DNA from: Terriglobia bacterium
Lineage (GTDB): Bacteria; Acidobacteriota; Terriglobia; 20CM-2-55-15
NCBI GenBank assembly: GCA_965198225.1
Contig: CBDAOY010000007.1
Span: 128,001-192,000 of the forward strand
Direction of reading: 5' to 3'
Length of the DNA: 64,000 nucleotides
The translations under genes were made by a program, and so were the position numbers. Positions within the stretch are counted from its first letter, which is position 1, and each line of letters begins with the position of its first letter. The notes under the pieces were generated by a model. It worked only from the letters and a program-made list of their open reading frames with translations. It was not told the DNA's origin and did no database searches. Shown in pieces: positions 10,460 to 19,556 of the stretch.

Positions 10460-12145
10460 TCATTGATTCCCTTCGTAGGCTTCGGTGGCTACGATTCCTG
10501 CTCCCTCGCGTACGGTAATCGTCCGACCCGCCCGGACTCCCCCGAGTTCCTCGGAGCGGCCGCTCGGCCATCGAATCTGGATCCGGTCCACGCGCGTTCG
10601 AGCGCCGAGGCCGAACGTCAGCACGAGCTCGCTCGACGAGAGGTAGCTCGATCCGCTGCGCACCATCTGCCACTGCGTTTCGGTCCCGGTGCGGACTTCG
10701 ACGACTGAACCAATGCCGGCCCGGTTGGAACGCGCACCTTCGAGCCGAACGCGAATGCTGTTGTTCTGGTTCTGCTCGTTGCGGATCAGGGCCGCCGGGC
10801 CGCCGTTCGTCATGAGGAGCAAATCGAGATCCCCGTCGTTGTCGATGTCGGCGTGAGCAGCGCCCCGTCCGACGCGTGGGGCCGCCAGGTCATCGCCGAG
10901 CGTTGCCGTCACCTCACGAAACCCGTTTCCGGCGAGGTTGCGGAAGACATGGGGCGGTTGGGCATGCTTGATGCGCGTCTGGATTCTTTCGAACGCTTCC
11001 TCGATATGACCGTTCGCGACGAATATGTCGAGCCACCCGTCCAGGTCGTAGTCGAAGAAAAAACACGCAAACGCCAGCGTGAGCAGACTCCGCCGACCCA
11101 CGTCGGAGCGGGGGGCCTCGTCAACATAGAGCCCGTTACCCTCGTTGTGATAGAGACCCAGCATTTCGTTCGAGAAATTGCCGATGACGACACTCGGGTA
11201 GCCGGAGCGGTCATAATCGGCCGCGTCGATTCCCATGCCCGCCCGTGCGAGTCCGTCCTCGCTGAAGGCGATGCCTGCGAGCATTCCTCTTTCGGTGAAC
11301 GACCCCTCCCGTGTGTTGACCCACAGCCGGTTCGGCTCCGTGTCGTTGACGATGACCAGGTCGGGCCAATCGTCCCGGTTGTGGTCGAGGACGGCGATGC
11401 CGAGCGCCTTCGACGAAGGGTCGAGCAGGCCGGCTTTTTCGGTGGCGTCCTCGAAGGTGCCGTCTCCCTGGTTGCGCCACAGCCGGGGCGGCACGCCGTC
11501 GTAGGACTCGGGGGTGCAGTAGGACTTGGCGTTACCGTCGATCGTGCAGAAGATGTCGTTCTCGATGGACCACTCCACGTAGTTGGCCACCAGCAGGTCC
11601 AGGAAACCGTCGCGGTCATAGTCCAGCCATGCGGCCCCCGTGCTGAAATCGTTCGCATTCCCCAGATCGGCTGTATGGGTAGTGTCAGTGAAGGTCCCGT
11701 CGCCTTCGTTGCGGAACAATCGGTTCGGCCCGACCGCGGTCACGAACAAGTCCATGTTGCCGTCGTTGTCGTAATCCCCGACAGCCGTCCCCATGCCGTA
11801 GATCGCGACATCGAGGCCGCTCGATGATGTGACGTCGGTGAAGGTCCCGTCACCCTCGTTGCGGTAGAGGCGTGGCGTGGAGGGCGGGCCCGGACGTTCG
11901 GGCCAGTTCAGGCCGTTCACCAGGAAAATGTCGGGCCACCCGTCGTTGTCGTAATCGATAAACGCGCAGCCGGGTCCCATCGTTTCCGGCAGGTAACGGG
12001 CCCCGAACGCGCCGCTGTTGTGGGTGAACCGGATTCCTGCTTTCACGGTGACGTCGGAGAACGCAGGAGGCGGTCCCTGCGGCTCGAGCGTCGGAGCGGG
12101 AACCAGCGTCCAGACAGCGACTGCGGAGAGCGTGAGGAGCCTCAA
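10460..12145 (-). CDS. CRTAC1-family protein (FG-GAP + ASPIC/UnbV), paralog of 3895..5589
   Basis: DYDNDG/DYDRDG repeats, GSSYLSSSELVLTFGLG, WPSG. Signal peptide. TTG start overlaps the upstream stop. Confidence 0.9.
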   Translation of the reverse strand: MRLLTLSAVAVWTLVPAPTLEPQGPPPAFSDVTVKAGIRFTHNSGAFGARYLPETMGPGCAFIDYDNDGWPDIFLVNGLNWPERPGPPSTPRLYRNEGDGTFTDVTSSSGLDVAIYGMGTAVGDYDNDGNMDLFVTAVGPNRLFRNEGDGTFTDTTHTADLGNANDFSTGAAWLDYDRDGFLDLLVANYVEWSIENDIFCTIDGNAKSYCTPESYDGVPPRLWRNQGDGTFEDATEKAGLLDPSSKALGIAVLDHNRDDWPDLVIVNDTEPNRLWVNTREGSFTERGMLAGIAFSEDGLARAGMGIDAADYDRSGYPSVVIGNFSNEMLGLYHNEGNGLYVDEAPRSDVGRRSLLTLAFACFFFDYDLDGWLDIFVANGHIEEAFERIQTRIKHAQPPHVFRNLAGNGFREVTATLGDDLAAPRVGRGAAHADIDNDGDLDLLLMTNGGPAALIRNEQNQNNSIRVRLEGARSNRAGIGSVVEVRTGTETQWQMVRSGSSYLSSSELVLTFGLGARTRVDRIQIRWPSGRSEELGGVRAGRTITVREGAGIVATEAYEGNQ

Positions 12146-14976
12146 GGGGCGCCTCCCACGTCTGTCCCTACCGATTCGGCGTTCGCAATGGGGTCGAGTG
12201 GGATCGAGATGTGTTCGTGGATCGGCTGACGTTCATTGTTGTCCGCGGGATGTGCGAGGCGGTAGGGCCCAGTGATCGCCTGGGCCGACTCGTCGGCCTT
12301 GAAGCGAAGGTAACGCTGTTGGTGCTCCACTGCTCTCTCTTCGTCGCCCAGCCCGTTGTAGGAGAGCATCAGGTTGTAGTGCGCCCGCAGATCTTCAGGA
12401 TCGATGCGCAGGACGGCTTTCAGCTCGTCGACCGCGTCCTGGTACCGGCGTTGGAGGAACAGAATGCGACCCGTCTCGTTGCGGGCGACCCGATCGCGTG
12501 GATACTGCCGTGTGACGATCGCGAGATGGGACAAGGCCTCGTCGAACGACCCCTCCGAGCTCAAAACCTGAGCGTAGAAGAAGTGCGCCCGTGCAAGTTC
12601 GGGGCCCAGCACCAGCGCGCGTTCCAGAACTTCGCGGGCTCCTTCGAGGCTCCCCTCCCGCAGTCGCGCCCGCCCGATGTTGATCCACCCATCGGGGTTG
12701 GCAGGCGCGATCTCCGTGGCTTTGAGGAAGGCGACTTCGGCGCCCTTCAGGTCTCCCTGCAACAGCAGGCCGATCCCGTAATCGTTCCAACGTTCCCAAT
12801 CAGAGTCTTCGAGTACGACTCGAGCTGCGGGCGGGTCCGAATCGGCGTCCGTCACCCGCAGGGTGAGCGAGGCCTCCGCCATCGTGACGCTCGGAAGTTC
12901 AGGTATGCGTTTGAGGCTGCCCGATACCCCGGACACGTCTCCCGTGAACAGCCAGGAACGGTCGTCGTAGTGGGGCGTGACTTCCGAATCGTCGTCTGTC
13001 GGATCCCGCGCACCCGCATAGGAGAAACCAGTGTTCCACCAGCTGAACTTCCGGTAATGCAGCCGTGCCTCCAACGTGATTTCGTCGCCGGCCGTCTCCG
13101 GTATGTGGACCCGGTAGTGAACCGTGTCGGCAGCTCCGGGCGGGATGAGGCGGGCATACACCAGCGCTCGGGCGGCCCACGCATTCCGTTTGTTGATGGG
13201 ATTCCCGTGCGCGTCGAGGGAAAGGGAACGGTAGAAGTGAGCGCCTTCTTCGACCGGTCCCTTGCCGTCGTCTTCAACCCTGCCGCTCCAGAACAGCACC
13301 TGACCGTTGTTGTCTGTCGCGATCAATTCCAGCCACACGTCGAAGGCATCGACGGTTCCTGCCGGGAAAAAATGGCCGACTTTCCGGGTACGCACGACCA
13401 CGTCCACGCGAAGAGTGTCTCCGCGGCGCAGAAGCGGACTGACGCGATCCAGCGGCGCCGTCACCGGCACGGCGTCCGGGACGATTCCGAGAATCATGGC
13501 CGCAGGCGACTCCTCCCCAACGGCGAAGGTCGTCGCTGCTTCGATGGCCCCCGGCGACCCGGTCTGAATCTCGGTGCGGGCCGGGGAAATAGCAAAAATA
13601 TCCAGGCTGACGACGTCGTCCTGAAGGAAACGGATGGTCTCTTCGAGCTGTTCGCGGTCCTGGTTAGCGGTGGGCAGGGCCGTATTTGCGGCCGGGAAGC
13701 GGTGCGAGTGAACCCGGCCTTCCCGATTCCCTGAATCATCCGAGGCGACGAGAGGCATATGACAGTCGACGCAGTCCATCGGTTCGGGCGGGTAGTAGAA
13801 GGAGCGCGCACCCTCGCCGGAGACCCCGCTCGCCTGCCAGTTGTCGAAATCGTTGAACCCACGAATCCAGCGGTACTGGTTGACGGGCGCGTCGAGGTGG
13901 ACTTTATGACAGCTCGAGCAGAACTCCCCCGTCTGAGCGCGCACGAAGGGTTTCATGAACGTGCGGCGATGCGGTTCCGGGTTGACCCGGACGACGAAGT
14001 CGTGCGCGGCTCGAACCAAACTGTTATCACTCGTCGCCAGGTCGTAGAGATCCGGATAATCCAGGGTATAGCCGCCCTGACCCATCGTCCCCTCCACTTC
14101 CGTCACCGAGTGACACATCACGCATCCCAGCCCGGCGTGAGCTTCGGGTTGATCGACGATCTCACCGACGGGGGTGTCCATCATTCCTGAGAACAGAAGG
14201 GCGGGATCGTGACACCCCCCGCACCACTTCGAAGGTGTGACGCCGACGACTTCCTGCATGTATTCGATGCTCTTCCGGTACCACTGGTTGTTGAAGGATG
14301 AAAACCGATGTGCCGAGCTCGACCATTGGTCGTAGATGTCGGCGTGGCAGCGTGCGCACTGATTCGATCCCATGAAGAACCGGGCGGGAATCCGGCCCCC
14401 GTCACTCGTCCGCGCGGCACTGGGGAAGAACAGGCCCGAGGGCCCGTCTCCCTCCCCCTCCATCTCGGCGGGCGGCATGGGTGGGTTTTCGATCCGGTGC
14501 TCGTTCTGCCAGCCCAACTCACGCGTCGCCCAAAGCGAAAGACACAGTGCCGCCGTCGCGGCGAACACTAGACCGAGCCGAAAAGCGGTTCGGCCCGATG
14601 AGGCGGCGAGCCAGCCTGCGCGCCCGAGCCCCGTCGCGATCAGGAAGGCAACGGCCAGTACAGACGTGCCCATATGGGCGCTCAGCCAAGGTGAAAACGA
14701 TCCCGCGGTACCTGTAAAGATCAACGCCACGCCGAGCACCGAGCCTAGAGTCGCAGTGATCGAGGCGGGTATCGACGCGAACGGGCGCACCCTGCCGCGG
14801 ACGAAACCGACGAGCAGAAGGGCTGCGAAAGCAACTCCCGCCCCGAGGTGGAGGAGCAGGAGAGCGACGTTCGTCAACGTCGGAGAGGGTGCGGCGTAGA
14901 GAAGAGCTCCAGTGAGCGACAGCACCGCTATAAGCGCTGGGGCTATCTTCTGCTTTCGACCGGTTTGCTCACGCAT
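12142..14976 (-). CDS. Membrane-anchored multiheme cytochrome c (c554-like, 5 CxxCH) with C-terminal TPRs
   Basis: CARCH, CGGCH, CVMCH, CSSCH, CVDCH motifs. About 5 N-terminal hydrophobic helices. C-terminal TPRs (RWNDYGIGL, AHYNLML). Confidence 0.88.
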   Translation of the reverse strand: MREQTGRKQKIAPALIAVLSLTGALLYAAPSPTLTNVALLLLHLGAGVAFAALLLVGFVRGRVRPFASIPASITATLGSVLGVALIFTGTAGSFSPWLSAHMGTSVLAVAFLIATGLGRAGWLAASSGRTAFRLGLVFAATAALCLSLWATRELGWQNEHRIENPPMPPAEMEGEGDGPSGLFFPSAARTSDGGRIPARFFMGSNQCARCHADIYDQWSSSAHRFSSFNNQWYRKSIEYMQEVVGVTPSKWCGGCHDPALLFSGMMDTPVGEIVDQPEAHAGLGCVMCHSVTEVEGTMGQGGYTLDYPDLYDLATSDNSLVRAAHDFVVRVNPEPHRRTFMKPFVRAQTGEFCSSCHKVHLDAPVNQYRWIRGFNDFDNWQASGVSGEGARSFYYPPEPMDCVDCHMPLVASDDSGNREGRVHSHRFPAANTALPTANQDREQLEETIRFLQDDVVSLDIFAISPARTEIQTGSPGAIEAATTFAVGEESPAAMILGIVPDAVPVTAPLDRVSPLLRRGDTLRVDVVVRTRKVGHFFPAGTVDAFDVWLELIATDNNGQVLFWSGRVEDDGKGPVEEGAHFYRSLSLDAHGNPINKRNAWAARALVYARLIPPGAADTVHYRVHIPETAGDEITLEARLHYRKFSWWNTGFSYAGARDPTDDDSEVTPHYDDRSWLFTGDVSGVSGSLKRIPELPSVTMAEASLTLRVTDADSDPPAARVVLEDSDWERWNDYGIGLLLQGDLKGAEVAFLKATEIAPANPDGWINIGRARLREGSLEGAREVLERALVLGPELARAHFFYAQVLSSEGSFDEALSHLAIVTRQYPRDRVARNETGRILFLQRRYQDAVDELKAVLRIDPEDLRAHYNLMLSYNGLGDEERAVEHQQRYLRFKADESAQAITGPYRLAHPADNNERQPIHEHISIPLDPIANAESVGTDVGGAP

Positions 14977-15348
14977 CTGTCGTTGCGAACCGGGGTGGCC
15001 CGCGGGTTGGTCACACCGGGGAAGACTGTCGGATGAAACTCACAGGTCCGGCGAACCTCGCCCGCCGAGTATGCGTGCCGTAGCAATGGACATCCGAGAC
15101 CGATGCTACCCCTGTGATTCGTTTTCGAGGCCTGCGTTTCTCGCCGATCAAAAATATCATGCGGGGCGCGAGGGAGGAACCCTTCCCTCGGTTCTCGGCC
15201 GCACTCCGACTTCAGTTGCGGAGCCAGGTGCCGGACCGCGTCGATCAACTTTTTCGGGACTTCCAATCGTTGCTAAAGCACCCGCTGTTGCCTTAGACTG
15301 TCGCCGCTTGAATCACCCACTCAAACCGACGACTCGGGAGAAAACGCC

Positions 15349-16458
15349 ATGAAAAGTATCGAAATCGACCGAAGCAAACAGCTCAGAGATCAGCCTGAAA
15401 CAGGACACAACCGGTGGCATCCGGACATATCGCCTCTCCTGGAGGTCGATGAAGGCGAGGAGGTCGTCCTGGAGACGCGTGACGCGTTGGACGGCCAGTT
15501 TCAGAACTCGACTACCCCGGAAGACTTCGCCAATATTGAAGTCGGTCTGATCCATCCGCTGACGGGTCCGGTCTTCGTGAAAGGCGCCGCGCCCGGTGAC
15601 CTGCTGGAGGTCGACTTCGTCGAGATCCGTCCGGTCGAGTTCGCGTGGACGGCCATCATCCCCGGCTTCGGATTCCTGCGCGATCGTGAGGACATAGCGC
15701 CGTTTTTCGTGCCGTGGACACTCGCCGACAATTTTGCGACTTCCCCCGCGCTTCCGGGCGTCCGGATTCCCGGGGCCCCGTTCATGGGCATGTCCGGTAT
15801 TGCGCCGTCGCATGCCCAGGTGGCCGAGTGGAAGGCGCGGGAGGACCGGGTGATTGCAGGCGGCGGCGTCGCTCTCCCGCCGGATCCCGGGGGTTCCGTG
15901 CCGCCGACCGGGATACCGGCCACTGAAGGGCTGCGGACTCTACCTCCTCGTGAGGTCGGGGGGAACTTCGACGTCAAGCAGCTCACGGGCGGGTCGAAAC
16001 TCTTGTTGCCCGTCGCGGTCGATGGTGCGCTGTTCTCGACAGGGGACGGTCACTTTGCCCAGGGTGACGGCGAAGTCTGTGTGAGCGCTGTCGAAATGGG
16101 CGCGACGGCGACCGTCCGTTTTCGCGTGCTGAAGGGCGAAGCGGAACGGCATAACATCAACCGGCCGCGGTTCACGAGGGAGGACTACTGGACGGACCCG
16201 CAGATGGCAGCGCCGCGCAAATTCACCGCGACGATGGGGATGCCCATTCGCGACGACGGCGAGAATGAGGGAGAAAACCTCACCCTGGCCTGCCGCGACG
16301 CCGTCCTCGGCATGATCAACTTGCTCGGGGAGCGCGGGTGGACGCGCGAACAGGCTTATGTCATCTGCAGCGTTGCCGTGGATCTGAGAATCAGCAATGT
16401 CGTGGACGTGCCCAACTACGTGGTTTCGGCTCTCCTGCCCGAGGACATATTCGTATAG
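15349..16458 (+). CDS. Acetamidase/formamidase family protein
   Basis: HNRWHPDI, HPLTGPVFV, GGNFDVKQL, GDGHFAQGDGEVC, AYVICSVAVDLRISNVVDVPN motifs. Confidence 0.9.
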   Translation: MKSIEIDRSKQLRDQPETGHNRWHPDISPLLEVDEGEEVVLETRDALDGQFQNSTTPEDFANIEVGLIHPLTGPVFVKGAAPGDLLEVDFVEIRPVEFAWTAIIPGFGFLRDREDIAPFFVPWTLADNFATSPALPGVRIPGAPFMGMSGIAPSHAQVAEWKAREDRVIAGGGVALPPDPGGSVPPTGIPATEGLRTLPPREVGGNFDVKQLTGGSKLLLPVAVDGALFSTGDGHFAQGDGEVCVSAVEMGATATVRFRVLKGEAERHNINRPRFTREDYWTDPQMAAPRKFTATMGMPIRDDGENEGENLTLACRDAVLGMINLLGERGWTREQAYVICSVAVDLRISNVVDVPNYVVSALLPEDIFV

Positions 16459-16470
16459 CTTGTCTCTGCA

Positions 16471-16507
16471 GAAGAGGGCGGCAGCAGGGGCTGCCGCCCT
16501 CTTTTTT
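16471..16507 (+). terminator. Rho-independent terminator
   Basis: AAGAGGGCGGCAGC-AGGG-GCTGCCGCCCTCTT stem-loop ending in a T-tract. Confidence 0.88.
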
Positions 16508-16889
16508 CGCCTTCAGGTTGCCGAGTGGCCAGTTCCCGATTTCCGCGAAACGTGGCGCTTACCGCAGCCGCATATATATAAATAGACATAGATCAATATA
16601 CATATGTATAGCTGCTTACATTTGTGTCTTTAGGTAAATTCGGCCATCCTACCTCGTTTGATAGAATAGCCCCCGGCTGCATATCTCATTCACTCGATAG
16701 AGGAAACTCTGAAGCGACTCCGGTGTCGCGGAACCGCAAGCGAGGGTTGTGTGAAGGTGAGTCTTTCAACCAGGCTCTGGCGGCAAAGCGCAAGCTTCAT
16801 CGGCAGCCACAAATAGGCCAGTCGTCCCAAGGCCGCCGTGGCGACGGACGCTTTTGACAACAAAAGGTTTGTAGCCTCGACAAAAAGAG

Positions 16890-16919
16890 TTGACGCTGGG
16901 TCGGACGTGCTCACATACT
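16890..16919 (+). promoter_or_regulatory. Candidate sigma70 promoter for the first DUF1592 operon
   Basis: TTGACG-N18-CATACT about 170 bp upstream of the ATG at 17090. Confidence 0.35.
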
Positions 16920-17089
16920 GGCCCAAGTTTGTTCTTGATCTGCAGTCATTAAGGTAGATTTAAGTTTCTTGATGAGGGATCACCGATCTAGACCGGGCGG
17001 ACAAGGGTCTGCTTGATCACGCGATGGGCGAGAGCACCCGTTCGTGTTCTCGAGGGCTTGAGAAGCGACCCGTAGAGAGGGAGGACTTG

Positions 17090-19474
17090 ATGAAGCGCAT
17101 GCTGACAGGTGGCCTGGTTTTGTCGGTTTCGATGGCGTTCGGTTCGGTAGCGTTCGGTCAGGCAGGTTCAGAACTGCCGTCCGTCGAATCGCAGAAGGCG
17201 CTGGTCGAGCAGTACTGCTCCGGATGCCACAACGACATCGAGCTGGCCGGCAACATGAGCCTGACTCAACTGGACCTGGAACACGTCGACCAGAACCCCG
17301 TGTTGGCGGAAAAGATTATACGAAAGTTGCGCGCCGGCCTGATGCCTCCCGCCGGCGTCGCGCGGCCGGATGCAGCGAACCTGAACGCGCTTGCGGCGGC
17401 GGTGGAAGCCGGGGTGGACCGAGCGGCGACCCTGGAGCCATATGTCGACGTTCCGGAACTGCACCGCGTCAACCGGACCGAATACAAGAACGCCGTCCGG
17501 GACCTTCTCGATCTCGAGGTGGACGTGACCGCACTCCTCCCGCGGGATGCGATAACCGGGGGGTTCGACAACATGGCCGACGCACTGACCGTGACCCCGG
17601 CGCTCATGCAGGGTTACGTGCGTGCCGCAGAAACGATCGCGCGCCTTGCCGTCGGCGACGCGGAAGCGCCGACCTCGATGGTGTCCTATGCGATCCCGAG
17701 GGTGGAGAACCAGCTGGAGCACATCGAGGGTACGCCCTTCGGGACGCGAGGGGGATCGGTAGTCCTCCACAACTTCCCGGCGGATGGAGAGTACTCCTTC
17801 AAGATCGACCTCTACCACTGGTACACGGGCTCGTTGATCGGCTACAGGCTGCCCGACAGCCTGGAAGACCAGCAGATCGACGTTTCCATCGACGGAACGC
17901 GTGTCGCGCTCATCGACATCGACCCCGGGCTTCAGGACTATGACGGCGGTCTGCACACCGAACCGGTCTTCGTCAAGGCCGGTCCGCGAAGGGTGGCGGT
18001 CGCTTTCATTTCGAAGTTCGAAGGACCTGTCGAGGATCGCTACTGGCTCGTCGATCAGACGCTGGTGGATGTCAGCATCGCCAACCATCCGGGAATGTCG
18101 TCCCTGCCGCACCTGAAGACGTTCAACATCACCGGTCCGATGAACGCGAGCGGCGTGTCGGAGACGCCGAGCCGTCGGACGATCTTCACGTGCCGCCCCG
18201 AAAACGCCGGCATGGAAGAGCCCTGTGCCGAGCAGATCATTTCGCGACTGGCGCGGAAAGCCTTCCGCCGGCCTGTGGTTTCCGAGGACATGGAAAGCCT
18301 GATGGATTTCTACCGGGAGGGTCACCAGGAGGGCGGCTTTGAAATCGGCGTCCGGATGGCACTGCAGGCGCTCCTGGCCAAGCCCGAATTCGTATTCCGC
18401 TTCGAGCGGCTGCCCTCCGGCGTCGCCCCGGGCGAGACCTATCGCGTCAGCGATCTCGAGCTGGCTTCGCGGCTGTCGTTCTTCCTCTGGAGCAGCGCGC
18501 CCGATGACGAGTTGATTTCCCTCGCCAGCGAGGGCCGACTCCGTGACTCTGCCGTCCTGGAACAACAGGTCCGGCGGATGCTTGCCGATTCCCGGTCCAG
18601 AACGCTCACCGAAAACTTCGCTGGACAGTGGCTGCGCCTCAAGGCAGTCGAAGAAGTCAATCCCGAAGGGCTCACGTTCCCGAATTTCACGCGGACGCTG
18701 GCCCGGGCAATGCGAAGGGAGATCGAACTCTTCTTCGACAGCATCGTTCGAGAGGATCGCGGCGTGCTCGATCTGCTCACAGAGGACTACACGTTCGTAA
18801 ATCAGGTACTGGCGGAGCATTACGGAATCCCGAACGTCGCAGGAACGCAGTTCCAGCGCGTGCAGGTTTCCGACCCCAATCGAGCAGGATTGATCGGCAA
18901 GGCGGGCTGGCTGACGATGACGTCGCTGCCGAGCCGGACCTCACCGGTGGCCCGGGGCAAGTACGTGTTGGAGGTCTTGGTCGGCACGCCGCCGCCCAAC
19001 CCGCCGGCCGTCGTTCCCCCTCTGAAGGAAGCCGCCCGCAACGAGAAGGTGCTGTCGGTTCGCGAGCGTATGGTGCAGCATCGGGCAAACCCGGCGTGTT
19101 CGGCGTGCCATCAGATCATGGATCCGATCGGTCTGGCTCTGGAGAACTTCGACCCGATCGGCCGATGGCGCGGTGTTGATGGCGGCTTCACGATCGACGC
19201 CAGCGCTACGATGTACGACGGCACCGCGCTCGATGGTCCGGCCGGGGTCCGTGAGGCGGTCTTGAACCGTCCCGAAGCGTTCATCGGGAATTTTGCGGAG
19301 CAACTTCTCGCGTACGGACTGGGCCGCGTCCTCGATCACCAGGATATGCCTACCGTCCGTTCGATCACGGGGGCGGCCGCTCAGAACGGCAATCGATTCT
19401 CCTCGTTCGTGATGGGTATCGTGGAGAGTCCGACATTTCAGATGTCGAAGAGACCCAGCACCGAGGAACAGTAA
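17090..19474 (+). CDS. DUF1592/DUF1588-family diheme cytochrome c (planctomycete PSCyt/PSD domains), copy 1
   Basis: Signal peptide. CSGCH...MPP, HRVNRTEYKNAVRDLL, ELASRLSFFLWSSAPDDEL, NFAGQWL, RTSPVARG, CSACH..MDPIGLALENFD. GGAGG RBS before ATG 17090. Confidence 0.9.
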   Translation: MKRMLTGGLVLSVSMAFGSVAFGQAGSELPSVESQKALVEQYCSGCHNDIELAGNMSLTQLDLEHVDQNPVLAEKIIRKLRAGLMPPAGVARPDAANLNALAAAVEAGVDRAATLEPYVDVPELHRVNRTEYKNAVRDLLDLEVDVTALLPRDAITGGFDNMADALTVTPALMQGYVRAAETIARLAVGDAEAPTSMVSYAIPRVENQLEHIEGTPFGTRGGSVVLHNFPADGEYSFKIDLYHWYTGSLIGYRLPDSLEDQQIDVSIDGTRVALIDIDPGLQDYDGGLHTEPVFVKAGPRRVAVAFISKFEGPVEDRYWLVDQTLVDVSIANHPGMSSLPHLKTFNITGPMNASGVSETPSRRTIFTCRPENAGMEEPCAEQIISRLARKAFRRPVVSEDMESLMDFYREGHQEGGFEIGVRMALQALLAKPEFVFRFERLPSGVAPGETYRVSDLELASRLSFFLWSSAPDDELISLASEGRLRDSAVLEQQVRRMLADSRSRTLTENFAGQWLRLKAVEEVNPEGLTFPNFTRTLARAMRREIELFFDSIVREDRGVLDLLTEDYTFVNQVLAEHYGIPNVAGTQFQRVQVSDPNRAGLIGKAGWLTMTSLPSRTSPVARGKYVLEVLVGTPPPNPPAVVPPLKEAARNEKVLSVRERMVQHRANPACSACHQIMDPIGLALENFDPIGRWRGVDGGFTIDASATMYDGTALDGPAGVREAVLNRPEAFIGNFAEQLLAYGLGRVLDHQDMPTVRSITGAAAQNGNRFSSFVMGIVESPTFQMSKRPSTEEQ

Positions 19475-19556
19475 GGTCACAACCGGGGCCGACGTGATTG
19501 CGCCGGCCACGAACTATTAGCTCACTACTGATTCGGATCACCCAAGGAGGAACAGT

